Assembly (NCBI RefSeq): GCF_006345805.1 | Contig: NC_043023.1 | Location: 10,354,001-10,418,000 of the forward strand | Direction: 5' to 3' | Origin: Octopus sinensis | Taxonomy: Eukaryota | Length of the DNA stretch: 64,000 bases | Shown: piece by piece, positions 12,912-25,132 of the stretch | Layout of the letters: each line of letters starts with the position of its first letter | Numbering within the stretch: the stretch's first letter is position 1 | The notes under the pieces: generated by a model | Told to the model about the DNA's origin: nothing | Seen by the model: only the letters and a program-made list of their open reading frames with translations | Database searches by the model: none | Made by a program: the position numbers and the translations under genes

Positions 12912-14074
12912 GCATGGCTGTGTGGTTAGGGAGCTTGCATCCTAGCTATGTGGTTTCGGGTTCAGTCCCACTGCGTGGCACTTTGGGCAAGTGTCTTCTA
13001 CTGTAGCCCCGAGTCGACCGAAGCTTTGTGATTGAATTCGGCAGGCGGAAGTTACTGCCGTGTGTGTATATGTGCGTGTAGGTGCTTGTGCCTCTCCGAA
13101 AGAGAGAGAGGGATCACAGTGGTGTGAGGGCGCAATGGCCCAATGGTTAGGGTAGCAGACTCGCAGTTGTAGGATCATGGTTTCAATTCCCAGACCAGTC
13201 GTTGTGAGTGTTTATTGAGCAAAAACACCTAAAAACACAAAAGGCGACGAGCTGGCAGAAACGTTAGCACGCCGGGCGAAATGCTTAGTGGTATTTCATC
13301 TGTCGTTACGTTCCGAGTTCAAATTCCGCCAAGGTCGACTTTGCCTTTCATCCTTTCGGGGTCGATAAATCAAGTACCAGTTACGCACTGGGGTCGATGT
13401 AATCGACTTAATCACTCTGTCTGTCCTTGTTTGTCCCCTCTATGTTTAGCCCCTTGTGGGTAGTAAGGAAATATATATATAGCCCAGTGATTAGGGCAGT
13501 GGACTCACGGTTGTAGGATCGCGATTTCGATTCCCAGACCGGGCGTTGTGAGTGTTTATTGAGCGAAAACACCTAAAGCTCCACAAGGCTCCGGCAGGTG
13601 GGGGTGGCGATCCCTGCTGTACTCTTTTGCCGCAACTTTCTCTCTCTCTTTCTTCTGTTGGCCTGCTCACTTAGCCAGCGGGGTGGCGTCATTTGAAGGC
13701 TAAAACAATGCGAAGCGCATTGTGACCAGCGATGTGTAGCAACATCTGATAGCCTGGTCGGTCACGTGAAGATGATGATGATATATATATAGCCCAGTGG
13801 TTAGGGCAGCAGACTCGCGGTTGTAGGATTGCGGTTTCAATTCCCAGACCGGTCGTTGTGAGTGTTTATTGAGCGAAAACACCTAAAGCTCCATGAGGCT
13901 CCTGCAGGTGGGGGTGGCGATCCCTGCTGTACTCTTTCACCACAACTTTCTCTCTCTCTTTCTTCTGTTGGCCTGCTCACTTAGCCAGCGGGGTGGCGTC
14001 ATTTGAAGGCTAAAACAATGCGAAGCGCATTGTGACCAGCGATGTGTAGCAACATCTGATAGCCTGGTCGGTCA
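12912..14074 (+). mobile_element. SINE cluster: A-like head, C head, full B copy (13243-13470), two tandem C1 copies (13483-13768, 13792-14074)
   Basis: Direct matches to the family sequences elsewhere in the window; the two C1 copies are ~309 bp apart and each follows (TA)n. Confidence 0.8.
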
Positions 14075-15192
14075 CAGTGATATTTGCGATGAAGTTTCCT
14101 GTATGTGACGATATTCGTGTCCTGTCAACTGATATTTATATAAGAATGATTCACCACAGGTATTGCAATGATATGTCTTCTCCCCTGTATGAATCCGTTT
14201 GTGTACATGTAAGTTACCTTTTTGAGAGAATGATTTTCCACAGACATCACAGTAATATGGCCTCTCAAATGTATGATCTGATTTCTGAAATTTTAAACTT
14301 TTCAAAGAGAATGGCTTATCACAGATATCACAATGAAACGGTTTCTCTTCTGGGTGGGTATCTTTGTGTCTTCTTAAATCACTTGCTTGAAAAAATGATT
14401 CATAACAGATATTGCATTGGTATGGCATCTCTCCACTATGAGTGGATTCGTGAATTTTGAAATGATGTTCCTGAGAAAACAATAAACCACAAATATCACA
14501 ATGAAATGGCTTCTCTCCTGTATGAATACATTTGTGACTAATTAATAGGCGAGAATCAGAAAACGATCTGTCACAGATGTCACAACGATATGGTTTTTCT
14601 GTATCAGTACACTGGTGTTCATTTAGAAGGCCAATTTCACAGAATGATTTACCACAGGTAACACAGCCGTAGGGTTTCTCTTTTGAGTGAGTTTCTATGT
14701 GACTCCTTAATTGATAACTTTGAGAGAATGACATACCACAGATATCACAGACATATGGCTTCTCTCCTGTATGAATACGCTTATGAGTTCGTAAGTGTTG
14801 CCTTTGAGAGAACTCTGCCCGACAGATGTTACAACAATATCGCTGCTCCCCTTTATGAATGGGTCTGTGTTTAGTTAATTGGACAGAATTGGAGAAGGAT
14901 TTACCACAGATATCACAACAAAGTCGTTTGTGTCTAGCTAAGGCACCTTTCAGAGAGAACGACTTTCCACATGTGTCGCAATGGTATGGCTTCTCTCCTG
15001 AATGAATACGGCTGTGAGAAACTAAGTTCTCTTCCTGGACGAATGATATGCCACAGATTTCGCAGAGAAACGGTTTCTCTGTGTTGCATGAATAATTTTA
15101 TGGATAGTTAACTCCTGTTGATGAGAGAATACTTTATTACAAATGTCACACAGAAATGGTGAATCTGTTATCGCATTCAGCATCTCTTCCAT
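14072..15192 (-). pseudogene. Divergent C2H2 zinc-finger gene (~13 fingers, several degenerate) with one 2-bp frameshift
   Basis: ATG at 15192 gives MEEMLNAITDSPFLCDICNKVFSHQQELTIHKIIH. An extra CA near 15082-15086 shifts the frame. The frame is then open through ORF 14072-14734. Acceptor tttcag|aatatcag at 15420. Confidence 0.7.
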
Positions 15193-15676
15193 TATAATTT
15201 ACCCTTTTTATGACCTTCACATTAATTTCTCATCACAATATTCACATAGCTTTCTTGTTTTGCTTATATGTTATATTTGTTACAAATATCGGATCTGTTC
15301 TGTTTGAACGGCAGTTTTTTCTAGCCGTGTCATATGAAATTGTCACCCATAATTATGACCCTAGTATCGATAAAGGGCCTGATGGAGAAATGATCATTAT
15401 GCCAATGTCATCTGATATTCTGAAATAAAAGAGAAAGAAAATGGTAAGATATAGAAGATACTTAAACAGCAGAGACACAACAGTGGACATTATATTACTT
15501 TTCTATAATAATAATATAGACACAGAAATGGTTATGTGGTTAAGAAGTTCCCTTTCTGGTCACGTGGTTTCAGGTTCAGTCCCACTGCATGGCACCTTGA
15601 GTGTCTTCTAATTTAGACCCAGAACAACCAGAACCTTGTGAGTGGATTTGTTAGATCAAAACTGAAAGCAGCTTGT

Positions 15677-16498
15677 GGGATATTTTCCTTTTGAAGGCCA
15701 GATTTCAACACAATTTCTAGTTAACTAAACACTTTAAAACTTCATATACTGGTAGACTGTGTCAAAAGAAACATTATTTCTACTTGGCTTTCTTGATAAA
15801 TTTGTAATTCGCTTGTTTAACGCAGTTTCATTTTTCGAATTTTAACCAATGAATCGCCTCTATTTGAGCTGAAATCATTTGCTGCGTCTAAAAACTGAGA
15901 CAACATCCTGTAACTAACCCTAACCCTCACCCTCCCCCAAAACCTAACCCTAAATTTTTTTTCTTAATTGTTAAATTAATTTAATTGTTACGCGTGTAAA
16001 AAAACTAAAGCAATGGAAAATAATTTAAACAATTAACAAACAAAATAATTCTATAATTTTATACAAACGCTTTCCATACGTATATGGAAAGTGTGTGTTA
16101 CAGAAAGCGTGTGTATAAAATTATAGAATTATTTTGTATGTTAATTGTTTAAATTATTTTCCATTGCTTTAGTTTTTTTTACACGCGTAACAATTAAATT
16201 AATTTAACAATTAAGAAAAAAATTTAGGGTTAGGTTTAGGGGAGGGTGAGGTTAGGGTTAGTTACAGGATGTTGTCTCAGTTTTTAGACGCAGCAAATGA
16301 TTTCAGCTCAAATAGAGGCGATTCATTGGTTAAAATTCGAAAAATGAAACTGCGTTAAACAAGCGAATTACAAATTTATCAAGAAAGCCAAGAGAAAAAA
16401 ATGTTTTATTTTGACACATTCTACCAGTATACGAAGTTTAAAAGTGTTTAGTTAACTAGAAATTGTGTTGAAATCTGGCCTTCAAAAGGAAAAGATCC
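15677..16498. mobile_element. Foldback (almost fully palindromic) DNA transposon with 8-bp TSD
   Basis: ~400-bp inverted arms with the centre near 16080; internal TTAGGG-like motifs; flanking CAGCTTGT at 15669-15676 and 16499-16506. Confidence 0.85.
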
Positions 16499-16606
16499 CA
16501 GCTTGTTCTGCCTAGGCCATGTAAGAGTACCCATGTGGTGTAACATAAAGGCACCTGTGTGATATCATGTAAAAGTACTTGAGCAGTGCCATATATAAAG
16601 TGCCCT

Positions 16607-16975
16607 AAAAAGGTAAACTGTATGACGCATGTGTGTGAACAGCCATGCTACATGGCAGTGAAACATGGGCCATGACTGCTAAGGACATGCGTTGGCTTGC
16701 AAGAAATGAAGCTAATATGCTCTGCTGGATGTGTAATGCCAGTGTGCATAATGTCAGAGTGTAAGCGCCCTGAGAGAAAAGTTGGACATAAGAAGCATCA
16801 AATGTGGTGTGCAAGAGAGACGACTGCACTGGTATGGTTATGTGTTGTGTATGGATGAGGACAGCTGTGTGAAAAAGTGTCACACCCTAGCAGTAGAGGG
16901 AACCTGTGGAAGAGGTAGACCCAGGAAGACCTGAGATGAGGTGGTGAAGCACGACCTTTGAATATTGGGTCTCAT
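16607..16975 (+). mobile_element. RTE-clade LINE RT C-terminal relic
   Basis: Translates with stops and shifts to KGKLYDACV.TAMLHGSETW...RRLHWYGYV...GRGRPRKT. Confidence 0.75.
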
Positions 16976-17420
16976 GCACGTAAAAAGCACCATCTGAATG
17001 TGGCTGATGCCAGCGCCGCCTTGACTGGCTTCTGTGCCAGTGGCACGTAAAAAGCATCATCCGTCCATGGCCGTTGCCAGCCTCGCCTGGCACCTGTGCC
17101 GGTGGCACATAAAAAGCACCATCCGAATTGTGGCCGATGCCAGCGCTACCTTGACTGGCCTCCGTGCCGGTGGCACGTAAAATGCACCAATCCGATCATG
17201 GCCGTTGCCAGCCTCGCCTTGCACCTGTGCAGGTGGCACGTAAAAAGCACCCACTACACTCATGGAGTGGTTGGCGTTAGGAAGGGCATCCAGCTGTAGA
17301 AACACTGCCAGATCAGACTGGAGCCTGGTGCAGCCTTCTGGCTTCCCAGACCCCGATTGAACCATCCAACCCATGCTAGCATGGAAAACGGACGTTAAAC
17401 GATGATGATGATGATGATGA
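16976..17420 (+). mobile_element. SINE family D with internal ~60-bp tandem repeats
   Basis: Repeats of aaaagcaccatccg...gtgccggtggcacgt followed by the D 3' end and (GAT)n. Confidence 0.8.
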
Positions 17421-17619
17421 TGCAGGTGATGATGAGTTTCCAAGACCTTTGGAGATAAGTTGTGCTTGAGAAGACCCAGCAAGCCAAGTGAAACCATAGC
17501 TGTGGCCTATGCCAGTGTATAATAACTGGCCCTTTAAGGGTACCCTTCAATCATTGGGCAATAAACTGTGCTTCTGAAGACCTGTTGAGTCAAGTGAAGT
17601 TGTTGTTGTGGCCAATGCG

Positions 17620-18340
17620 TGTCACCTTGGGCAAGTGTCTTCTGCTATAGCCCCAGGCCGACCAAAGCCTTGTGAGTGGATTTGGTAGACGGAAACTGAA
17701 AGAAGCCCGTCGTATATATGTATGTGTGTGTATATGTTTGTGTGTTTGTGTTTGTCCCCCCAACATTGCTTGATAACCGATGGTGGTGTGTTTGCATCCC
17801 TGTAACTTAGCGGTTCATCAAAAGAGACCGAGGCTTACAAAGAATAAGTCCTGGGGTCGATTTGCTCGACTAAAGGCGGTGCTCCAGCATGGCAACAGTC
17901 AAATGACTGAAACAAGTGGATGGAAGCACTCTGTCGGTTACGATGATGAGGGTTCCGGTTGATCCGAATCAACGGAACAGCCTGCTCGTGAAATTAACGT
18001 GTAAGTGGCTGAGCACTCCACAGACACATGCACCCTTAACGTAGTTCTCGGGGATAGTCAGCGTGACACAGAGAGTGACAAGGCCGGCCCCTTTGAAATA
18101 CAGGTACAACAGAAACAAGAAGTAAGAGTGAGAGAAAGTTGTGGTGAAAGAGTACAGCAGGGATCACCACCATCCCCTGCCGGAGCCTCGTGGAGCTTTA
18201 GGTGTTTTCGCTCAATAAACACTCACAACGCCCGGTCTGGGAATCGAAACCGCGATCCTATGACTGCAAGTCCGCTGCCCTAACCACTGGGCCATTGCAC
18301 CTTCACACTGAAACAAGTAAGTAAAGTAAAGTAAAGAGTA
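17620..18340. mobile_element. SINE A 3' part (+) with a nested SINE C, tail variant C2 (-, ~17915-18305)
   Basis: The A tail gaaacaagt is repeated on both sides of the C2 insert; C2 also occurs at 39714-40078. Confidence 0.75.
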
Positions 18341-18344
18341 GCCA

Positions 18345-18555
18345 AAGACACTTGTTGTCAGGTATTGTCATGTTGGAAAACTACCCCTTTCCTGTTGGCA
18401 ATCTCTGGCCTTGATTCTTTGAATTTTTTGTTCAAATTAGCCAGCTGACGACACTACACACCAGAATTAATGGTCTGGTTTTGTGAGAGAAGCTCATAAA
18501 AAATAATGCCTTTATGATCCCACCAAACACAAAGCGTAGCTTTTTTTAGCATGGA
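18345..18555 (-). mobile_element. mariner transposase relic, catalytic-region fragment
   Basis: Minus translation reads KKATLCVWWDHKGIIFYELL...TINS...NRKGVVFQHDN, typical mariner motifs. Confidence 0.8.
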
Positions 18556-18559
18556 TACT

Positions 18560-18743
18560 CTCTTTTACTCTTTTACTTGTTTCAGTCATGTGACTGTGGC
18601 CATGCTGGAGCACCACCTTTAGTCAATCAAATCAACCCCAGGACTTATTCTTTGTAAGCCCAGTACTTATTTTATTGGTCTCTTTTATTGGACATAAACA
18701 CACCAGCATCAGTTGTCAAACAATGCTAGGGGGACAAACACAG

Positions 18744-18802
<59 letters not shown>

Positions 18803-19790
18803 TACGACGGGCTTTGGTCAGCCCGAGGCTATAGTAGAAGACACTTACCCAAGGTGCTATGCAGTGGAACTGAACCCGGCACCATGTGGTTCGTAAACAA
18901 GCTAATTACTACACAGCCACTATTCATCTTTGGTTGCTGTTTTGGGAAATCCTTATGCAAACTTCAGAATTTTTATTACACTATAATAATAATGAAATTA
19001 TTGTATACAGTGACACAGGAGTGGCTGTGTGGTAAGTAGCTTGTTTACCAACCACATGGTTCTGGGTTCAGTCCCACTGCGTGGCACCTTGGGCAAGTGT
19101 CTTCTACATATAGCCTCAGGCCGACCAAAGCCTTGTGAGTGGATTTGGTAGATGGAAACTGAAAGAAGCCTCTCGTATATATGTATATATATATATATAT
19201 ATTGATGTATGTGTATGAGTTTGTCCACCTAGCATTGCTTGACAACCGATACTGGTGTGTTTATGTCCCCGTTAATTAGCGGTTCGGCAAAAGAGACTGA
19301 TAGAATAAGTACTGGGCTTACAAAGAATAAGTCCCGGGGTCGAGTTGCTCAATTAAAGGCGGTGCTCCATCATGGCCGCAGTCAAATGACTGAAACAAGT
19401 AAAAGATTACTTAGTTTAAAAAATTATTTACTTTGCATTTTATTTACTCTGTTTGAAAAATATTTAATTTGTTGATCCTACAAGTTGTTGGATCAACTAC
19501 TTACGACCAGCTAGCGCGGATGCGCTAGTACACGCACCGGGACCACCATTCGCTAGTAGTACCTGAAACTGCATTAGCCCCCTCTGGAGCAACTGTTAAA
19601 TCTCTCGTTTCTGGCTCGAATCCAACCCCAGAAAACGGAAATGTTCTTTAGCGGTTCGGCAAAAGAGACCGATAGAATAAGTACTGGGCTTACAAAGAAT
19701 AAGTCATGGGGTCGATTTGATTCGACTAAAGGCGATGCTCCAGCTTGGCCGCAGTCAAAATGACTGAAACAAGTAAAAGAGAAAGAGAAA
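18560..19790. mobile_element. Three SINE A copies: 18560-18920 (-), 19015-19405 (+), 19640-19790 (+, 3' half)
   Basis: Direct matches to family A. Confidence 0.85.
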
Positions 19791-19794
19791 GAGT

Positions 19795-20050
19795 GCTCAA
19801 GTGCAACACAACATGTTTTTGTACACAGTCCATTTTTCATCTCCGGTCACCGGTTGTTTCAAAAAGCATGCTTTCATCCCTTTTCAAGAGTATATCACAA
19901 ACAGAATCCCAGTCCAAGCAATTCTTTTCCGAGAGATTGTGGGGGACCCATACATTATTATAGTGAGAATGAGTTTTCTGCAATTTTTGCCTTCAAAACA
20001 TCTTCATCCAATTTTGAAGGTCTTCCACTGCGACTGTCATCTTCCAAGCT
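19795..20050 (-). mobile_element. mariner transposase relic, N-terminal half
   Basis: Minus translation across frameshifts reads SLEDDSRSGRPSKLDED...WVPHNLSEKN...VTGDEKW. Confidence 0.8.
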
Positions 20051-20054
20051 AAGC

Positions 20055-20466
20055 TCTCTCTCTTACTCTTTTTAATTGTTTCAGTCATTTGACTGCGGCC
20101 ATGCTGGAGCACCGCCTTTAATCGAGCAACTCGACCCCCGGGACTTATTCTTTTGTAAACCCAGTACTTATTCTAACGGTCTCTTTTGCCGAACTGCTTA
20201 GTGACGGGGACATAATCACACCAGCATCGGTTGTCAAGCGATGCTAGGGGACAAACACAGACACACAAACACACACACACACACACACGCATATATATAT
20301 ATATATGGGCTTCTTTCAGTTTCCGTCTACCAAATCCACTCACAAAGCTTTGGTTGGCCCGAGGCTATAGCAGAAGACACTTGCCCAAGGTGCCACGCAG
20401 TGGGACTGAACCTGGAACCATGTGGTTGGTAAACAAGCTACTTACCACACAGCCACTCCTGCGCCT
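20055..20466 (-). mobile_element. SINE family A, full length
   Basis: Direct family match. Confidence 0.9.
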
Positions 20467-20996
20467 AGGCTTTAAATTTTGCAAACTACCTTTGAACAGT
20501 TGATTCCCTACACCATAAACTTCACAAATGTTTCTGCAAGTCTTTGCATGGGAATTCTTATGATTATGCAAAAAAAAGGGCGATTTAGCTGTTATTTTTA
20601 GCAATCCCACGACCACCTGATACATTCTTAGTTTCTTTGTCACCCTGACATGTATTGATTTTTGACAAGACTTCCGCCCATCCCTGCCATAAACCACCCT
20701 TAAAAAAATTTTCGTCACTACCCCCCACTTTTCGGGGAATACGAATCTGCAAAACAATTGGCAAAAATCAACATTTCTAAATCCCCCCCCCCCCCATTTC
20801 CTTCGTTTTTAACCTTTTTCACAATTTTTTTTTCAAAATATGCAAAACAATACGGAGATTATAATTCTGAAAAAATTTTCCAAAAATCGTTGTAAAATTT
20901 TTTTTAAGAATTTTTTTTTTTTCTAAGTATGCGGAAAAATACGGACATCATGATTCGGACAAAAATTTCAAAACATTTCTGTACTTACGGGTACGC

Positions 20997-21165
20997 TTTT
21001 AGGGTTACGGTTAGGGTTTTAGGGTTAGGGTTAGGGTTTTAGGGTTAGGGTGTTAGGGTTTAGGGTTAGGGTTTTAGGGTTAGGTTAGGGTTTAGGGTTA
21101 GGGTTTTAGGGTTTAGGGTTAGGGTTTTAGGGTTAGGGTTTTAGGGTTGGGTTTTAGGGTTAGTG
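20997..21165 (+). repeat. Interstitial telomere-like (TTAGGG/TTTTAGGG)n array
   Basis: ~170 bp of alternating ttaggg and ttttaggg variants. Confidence 0.9.
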
Positions 21166-21776
21166 TTGGGGAAAAAAGTCAAAATTGAAGATGTTGGTGG
21201 GGAAAGGCAGGGAAATTTTTCCCAATGTCGAACCTCCATATCCGAAAACAGGGATTTTTGGCAAAAATAATTACTAAAATAAAAAAATTAGGGAGAAAAT
21301 GGGGGGACGGGCATAAGTCTTTCCAGATTTTTTGGCAGATTTTTCTCCCTATAATTATTTAATGGAATGATCATGCCCCGCCAAGGGTGGTCCAGCGCTG
21401 GGATTCAAGCAATAAAGTCTGACTGATTTTTAAAAAACTTTGAAAAACAGTAGATTTATTGGGTGGGGTAAGCGATGTTGGGGGGACAAACACAGACACA
21501 CAAACACACACACACACATATATATATACATATATACGACGGGCTTCTTTCAGTTTCCGTCTACCAAATCCACTCACAAGGCTTTGGTCGGCCCGAGGCT
21601 ATAGTAGAAGACACTTGCTCAAGGTGCCACGCAGTGGGACTGAACCCGGAACTTTTACTCCTTTACTTGTTTCAGTCATTTGACTGAGGCCATGCTGGAG
21701 CACAGCCTTTAATCGACCCCGGTTTATGGTGTAGGGAATCAACTGTTCAAAGGTGGTTTGCAAAATTTAAAGCTGG

Positions 21777-22158
21777 AGGTGCAGGAGTGGCTGTGTGGTA
21801 AGTAGCTTGTTTACCAACCACATGGTTCCAGTTCAGTCCCACTGCATGGCACCTTGGGCAAGTGTCTTCTACTATAGCCTCAGGCCGACCAAAGCCTTGT
21901 GAGTGGATTTGGTAGACGGAAACTGAAAGAAGCCTGTCGTATATAGGCAAAGGAGTGGCTGTGTGGTAAGTAGCTTGTTTACCAACCACATGGTTCCGGA
22001 TTCAGTCCCACTGCGTGGCACCTTGGGCAAGTGTCTTCTACTATAGCCTCAGGCCGACCAAAGCCTTGTGAGTGGATTTGGTAGACGGAAACTGAAAGAA
22101 GCCTGTCGTATATAGGCAAAGGAGTGGCTGTGTGGTAAGTAGCTTGTTTACCAACCAC
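21777..22158 (+). mobile_element. Tandem SINE A heads (about 2.3 units of ~165 bp)
   Basis: The unit aggagtggctgtgtgg...gaagcctgtcgtatataggcaa repeats. Confidence 0.85.
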
Positions 22159-22370
22159 AAGTCTGACTGATTTTTAAAAAATTGAAAAAACAGTAGAACT
22201 AATAGGATTTATTGGGTGGGGTAAACAATTTTTTTTTTCTAATTTCTCATAATCGTATAAATACCCATGTGTAGAACATAAATTCACAAAAGTTTTCTGA
22301 AAACTCCAGAAACCTTTTCAAAAAATTAAGTGAGACTTATAAGGAGTACTTAAAGCAGAACTTTTCGCCA

Positions 22371-22849
22371 ATTTCAGAAAATGGGATAGAATAAAAATAA
22401 GAGGGGAATTAATGTTTTTGTTTATTTGTTAGTTTTTTTTTTGGGGGGGGGATGTCGTGACAAGTTTGAGTTATTTTTTAGGGCGTTGTGCAAAAAAAAA
22501 AATAAAAGTGGGTGAGATATTCTGAAAATCATTAATTACCCAAAACTGAATAAATAATTTTTTTTTTTAATTTTTTAAAATTAAAAAAAAAAAAAACTTA
22601 CTCGTATTTCAGAAAATGGGATAGAATAAAAATAAGAGGGAGGGGAATTAGTGTTTTTGTTTATTTGGGGAGGGAGGAGGGGGGAGGGGGGTCGTGAAAA
22701 GTTTGAGTTATTTTTTAGGGCGTTGTGCAAAAAAAAAGTAAAAGTGATTGAGATATTCTGAAACTCCGTCAAATCATTAATTACCCACAGCTGAATAAAT
22801 AATTTAATTTTTTTTCTTTTTTAATTAAAAAAAAAAAACTTACTCGTAT
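22371..22849. repeat. Tandem duplication of a ~240-bp AT-rich unit
   Basis: ttcagaaaatgggatagaataaaaataagagg...aaaacttactcgtatt occurs twice. Confidence 0.8.
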
Positions 22850-23329
22850 TCCTCTACAATTTTCTCATCTCTGTTTTTCATCGCCAATGTTTCTCTACTC
22901 GTGTTAACTCTTTCATTTCCTGGTTTAATTTGGTTCAAACGTAACTCAAGATTTCACAAAAGATATTAAAAAACCTGACTAGGAGTTAAACGAAACGTAG
23001 AAACATCCAGTAGTTGTTACCTGGGTTTCCCCGACCCTATTTGTATTTACTTTTATATTTCCTTTCGAGAAATAAGTTGAAAAATGAATAAATATTATTT
23101 GTTCTTCAAAGAAAATCAGAAAAAGTTCATATGTGAGAACACCAAATTGTATTTTACGGTCCGACATTGTGCCAAGTCTATCAAATATAGAAGATATAAA
23201 AAAAATATTTACACAACTCCGAGTATAAAAACAATGTTTGTTTTTATACTTAAGATAATTTTTTTGTATTTAAATACTACTTTCATACACCACATCACGC
23301 AGTTTACGATGTACGGAGGAAAAATTGCA

Positions 23330-23458
23330 TTCCGCTTGTCGTATTTCCGAGTCGACATTTCTAGATTTCTATTGTCAATTTGTGACCTGGTTGGATGGGC
23401 ATTTAGCGTAATTAATACGGCAACTTTAATACGGTTTGTGCAGCAATAACAGGTAAGA
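23330..23458 (+). other. Putative non-coding 5' exon end and donor (intron starts 23453) of the ZF gene at 31139
   Basis: Paralogous to 3430-3556; matching acceptor tttcag|aatatcag at 30326. Confidence 0.5.
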
Positions 23459-24039
23459 TATATATTATATATCATTTCGTAAAAGTAAGGTGAACATCGG
23501 CAATTGTAAACCTTTTGATGTTGCTGATCAAAGATCGATATTAATTGCGTTGTCCTGCACTGATTGTCTGAAGTTGGTAATTAAACGGATTTAATTAATT
23601 ACAAAGCAAATTAACAATATATTTATTATTCTAGATCGTTCTCTGAACTACCATCCATGATTGTATCGTAATCTCTTAATGAACAGACAATAATAAAACA
23701 GTAAACACTTTCCATTGTTACACCATCAAAACATTAATTATTATTTAATTATTTGGATATTAATTAATATAGACAAGGTGTCGTCGAAAATCCCGGTTCC
23801 CTCGTTACATATCGCTCTTTGACATTCCATATATGCCCAACAGTAGTGAATTATAGTTAATACAACAGGTACTCGTGAAAATATATTGAAGGAAAATATA
23901 TTTAAAATAAAACTACACACAAATAATATTATTACGATCGTTAGAACATGGTAGTAATCTTGTAGAATGGAGTCGGAAATTATCTTGGGGGTAGGGCCTT
24001 GAAGAATTTTTAGTCGAATGAATAGACCTCGCTACTTTT

Positions 24040-24204
24040 TCTTTTTTTTTTTTTTTATGCTGGTATTTATACTATCGGTTTTCTTTTGCCGAACCGTTAA
24101 GTTACGGGGATGTAAACACACCATCTCCAGTTGTCAAGCGGTGGTTGGGGGACAAACAAAGACATGATAGATGGATGGACGGACAGACAGACAGACAGAC
24201 AGAC

Positions 24205-24246
<42 letters not shown>

Positions 24247-24680
24247 GTAAATAGATAGATAGGTAAATAGATAGATAGGTAAATAGATAGATAGATAGAT
24301 GGAAAGATAGATAGATAGGTAGATAGATAGATAAAGATATAGATAGATAGATATAGATAGATAGGTAGATAGATAGATAGACAGACAGATATAGATAGAT
24401 AGATAGATAGATAGGTAGGTAAATAGATAGACAGATAGATAGATAGACAGATAGATAGACAGATAGATAGATAGACAGATAGATAGATAGATAGACAGAT
24501 AGATAGATAGAAAGAAACACACACCGGACTTCTTTCGGTTTCTGTCGTTCAAATCCATTTACAAGGCTTTTGGTCGACCTGGGGCTATAGTAGAAGACAT
24601 TTACTAAAGGTGCCGTGCAGCGAGACTGAACCTGGAACCAAGTGATTGGGAAGCAAGCATCTTACAACACAGCCACTCCT
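24040..24680 (-). mobile_element. Older SINE A whose internal microsatellite has expanded to ~350 bp of (GATA)n/(GACA)n (24165-24512)
   Basis: A-family body flanks the GATA tract on both sides. Confidence 0.8.
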
Positions 24681-24744
24681 CCAAAATCCGTAATTTCTTC
24701 AGATTTGGGCGGAATTCTACTTTAAGCACGCCTTATAACAACTC

Positions 24745-25132
24745 TCTTTTACTCTTTTACTTGTTTCAGTCATTTGACTGCGGCCATGCTGGAGCACCGC
24801 CTTTAATCGAGCAACTCGACCCCGGGACTTATTCTTTTGTTAGCCCAGTACTTATTCCATCGGTCTCTTTTGCCGAACCGCTAAGTGACGGGGACGTAAA
24901 CACACCAGCATCGGTTGTCAAGCAATGCTAGAGGGACAAACACAGACACACAAACACACACACACATACATATATACGACAGGCTTCTTTCAGTTTCCAT
25001 CTACCAAATCCACTCACAAGGCATTGGTCGGCCCGGGGCTATAGTAGAAGACACTTGCCCAAGATGCCACGCAGTGGGATTGAACCCGGAACCATGTGGT
25101 TGGTTAGCAAGCTACTTACCACACAGCCACTC
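24745..25132 (-). mobile_element. SINE family A, full length
   Basis: Direct family match. Confidence 0.9.

Noticed and set aside
20997-21165. A true telomere or chromosome end
   Set aside because: The tract is short, degenerate and flanked by ordinary sequence on both sides.
24097-24558. Three overlapping ORFs of 128-153 aa (LSIYLSIY...)
   Set aside because: They are translations of a (GATA)n microsatellite, not genes.
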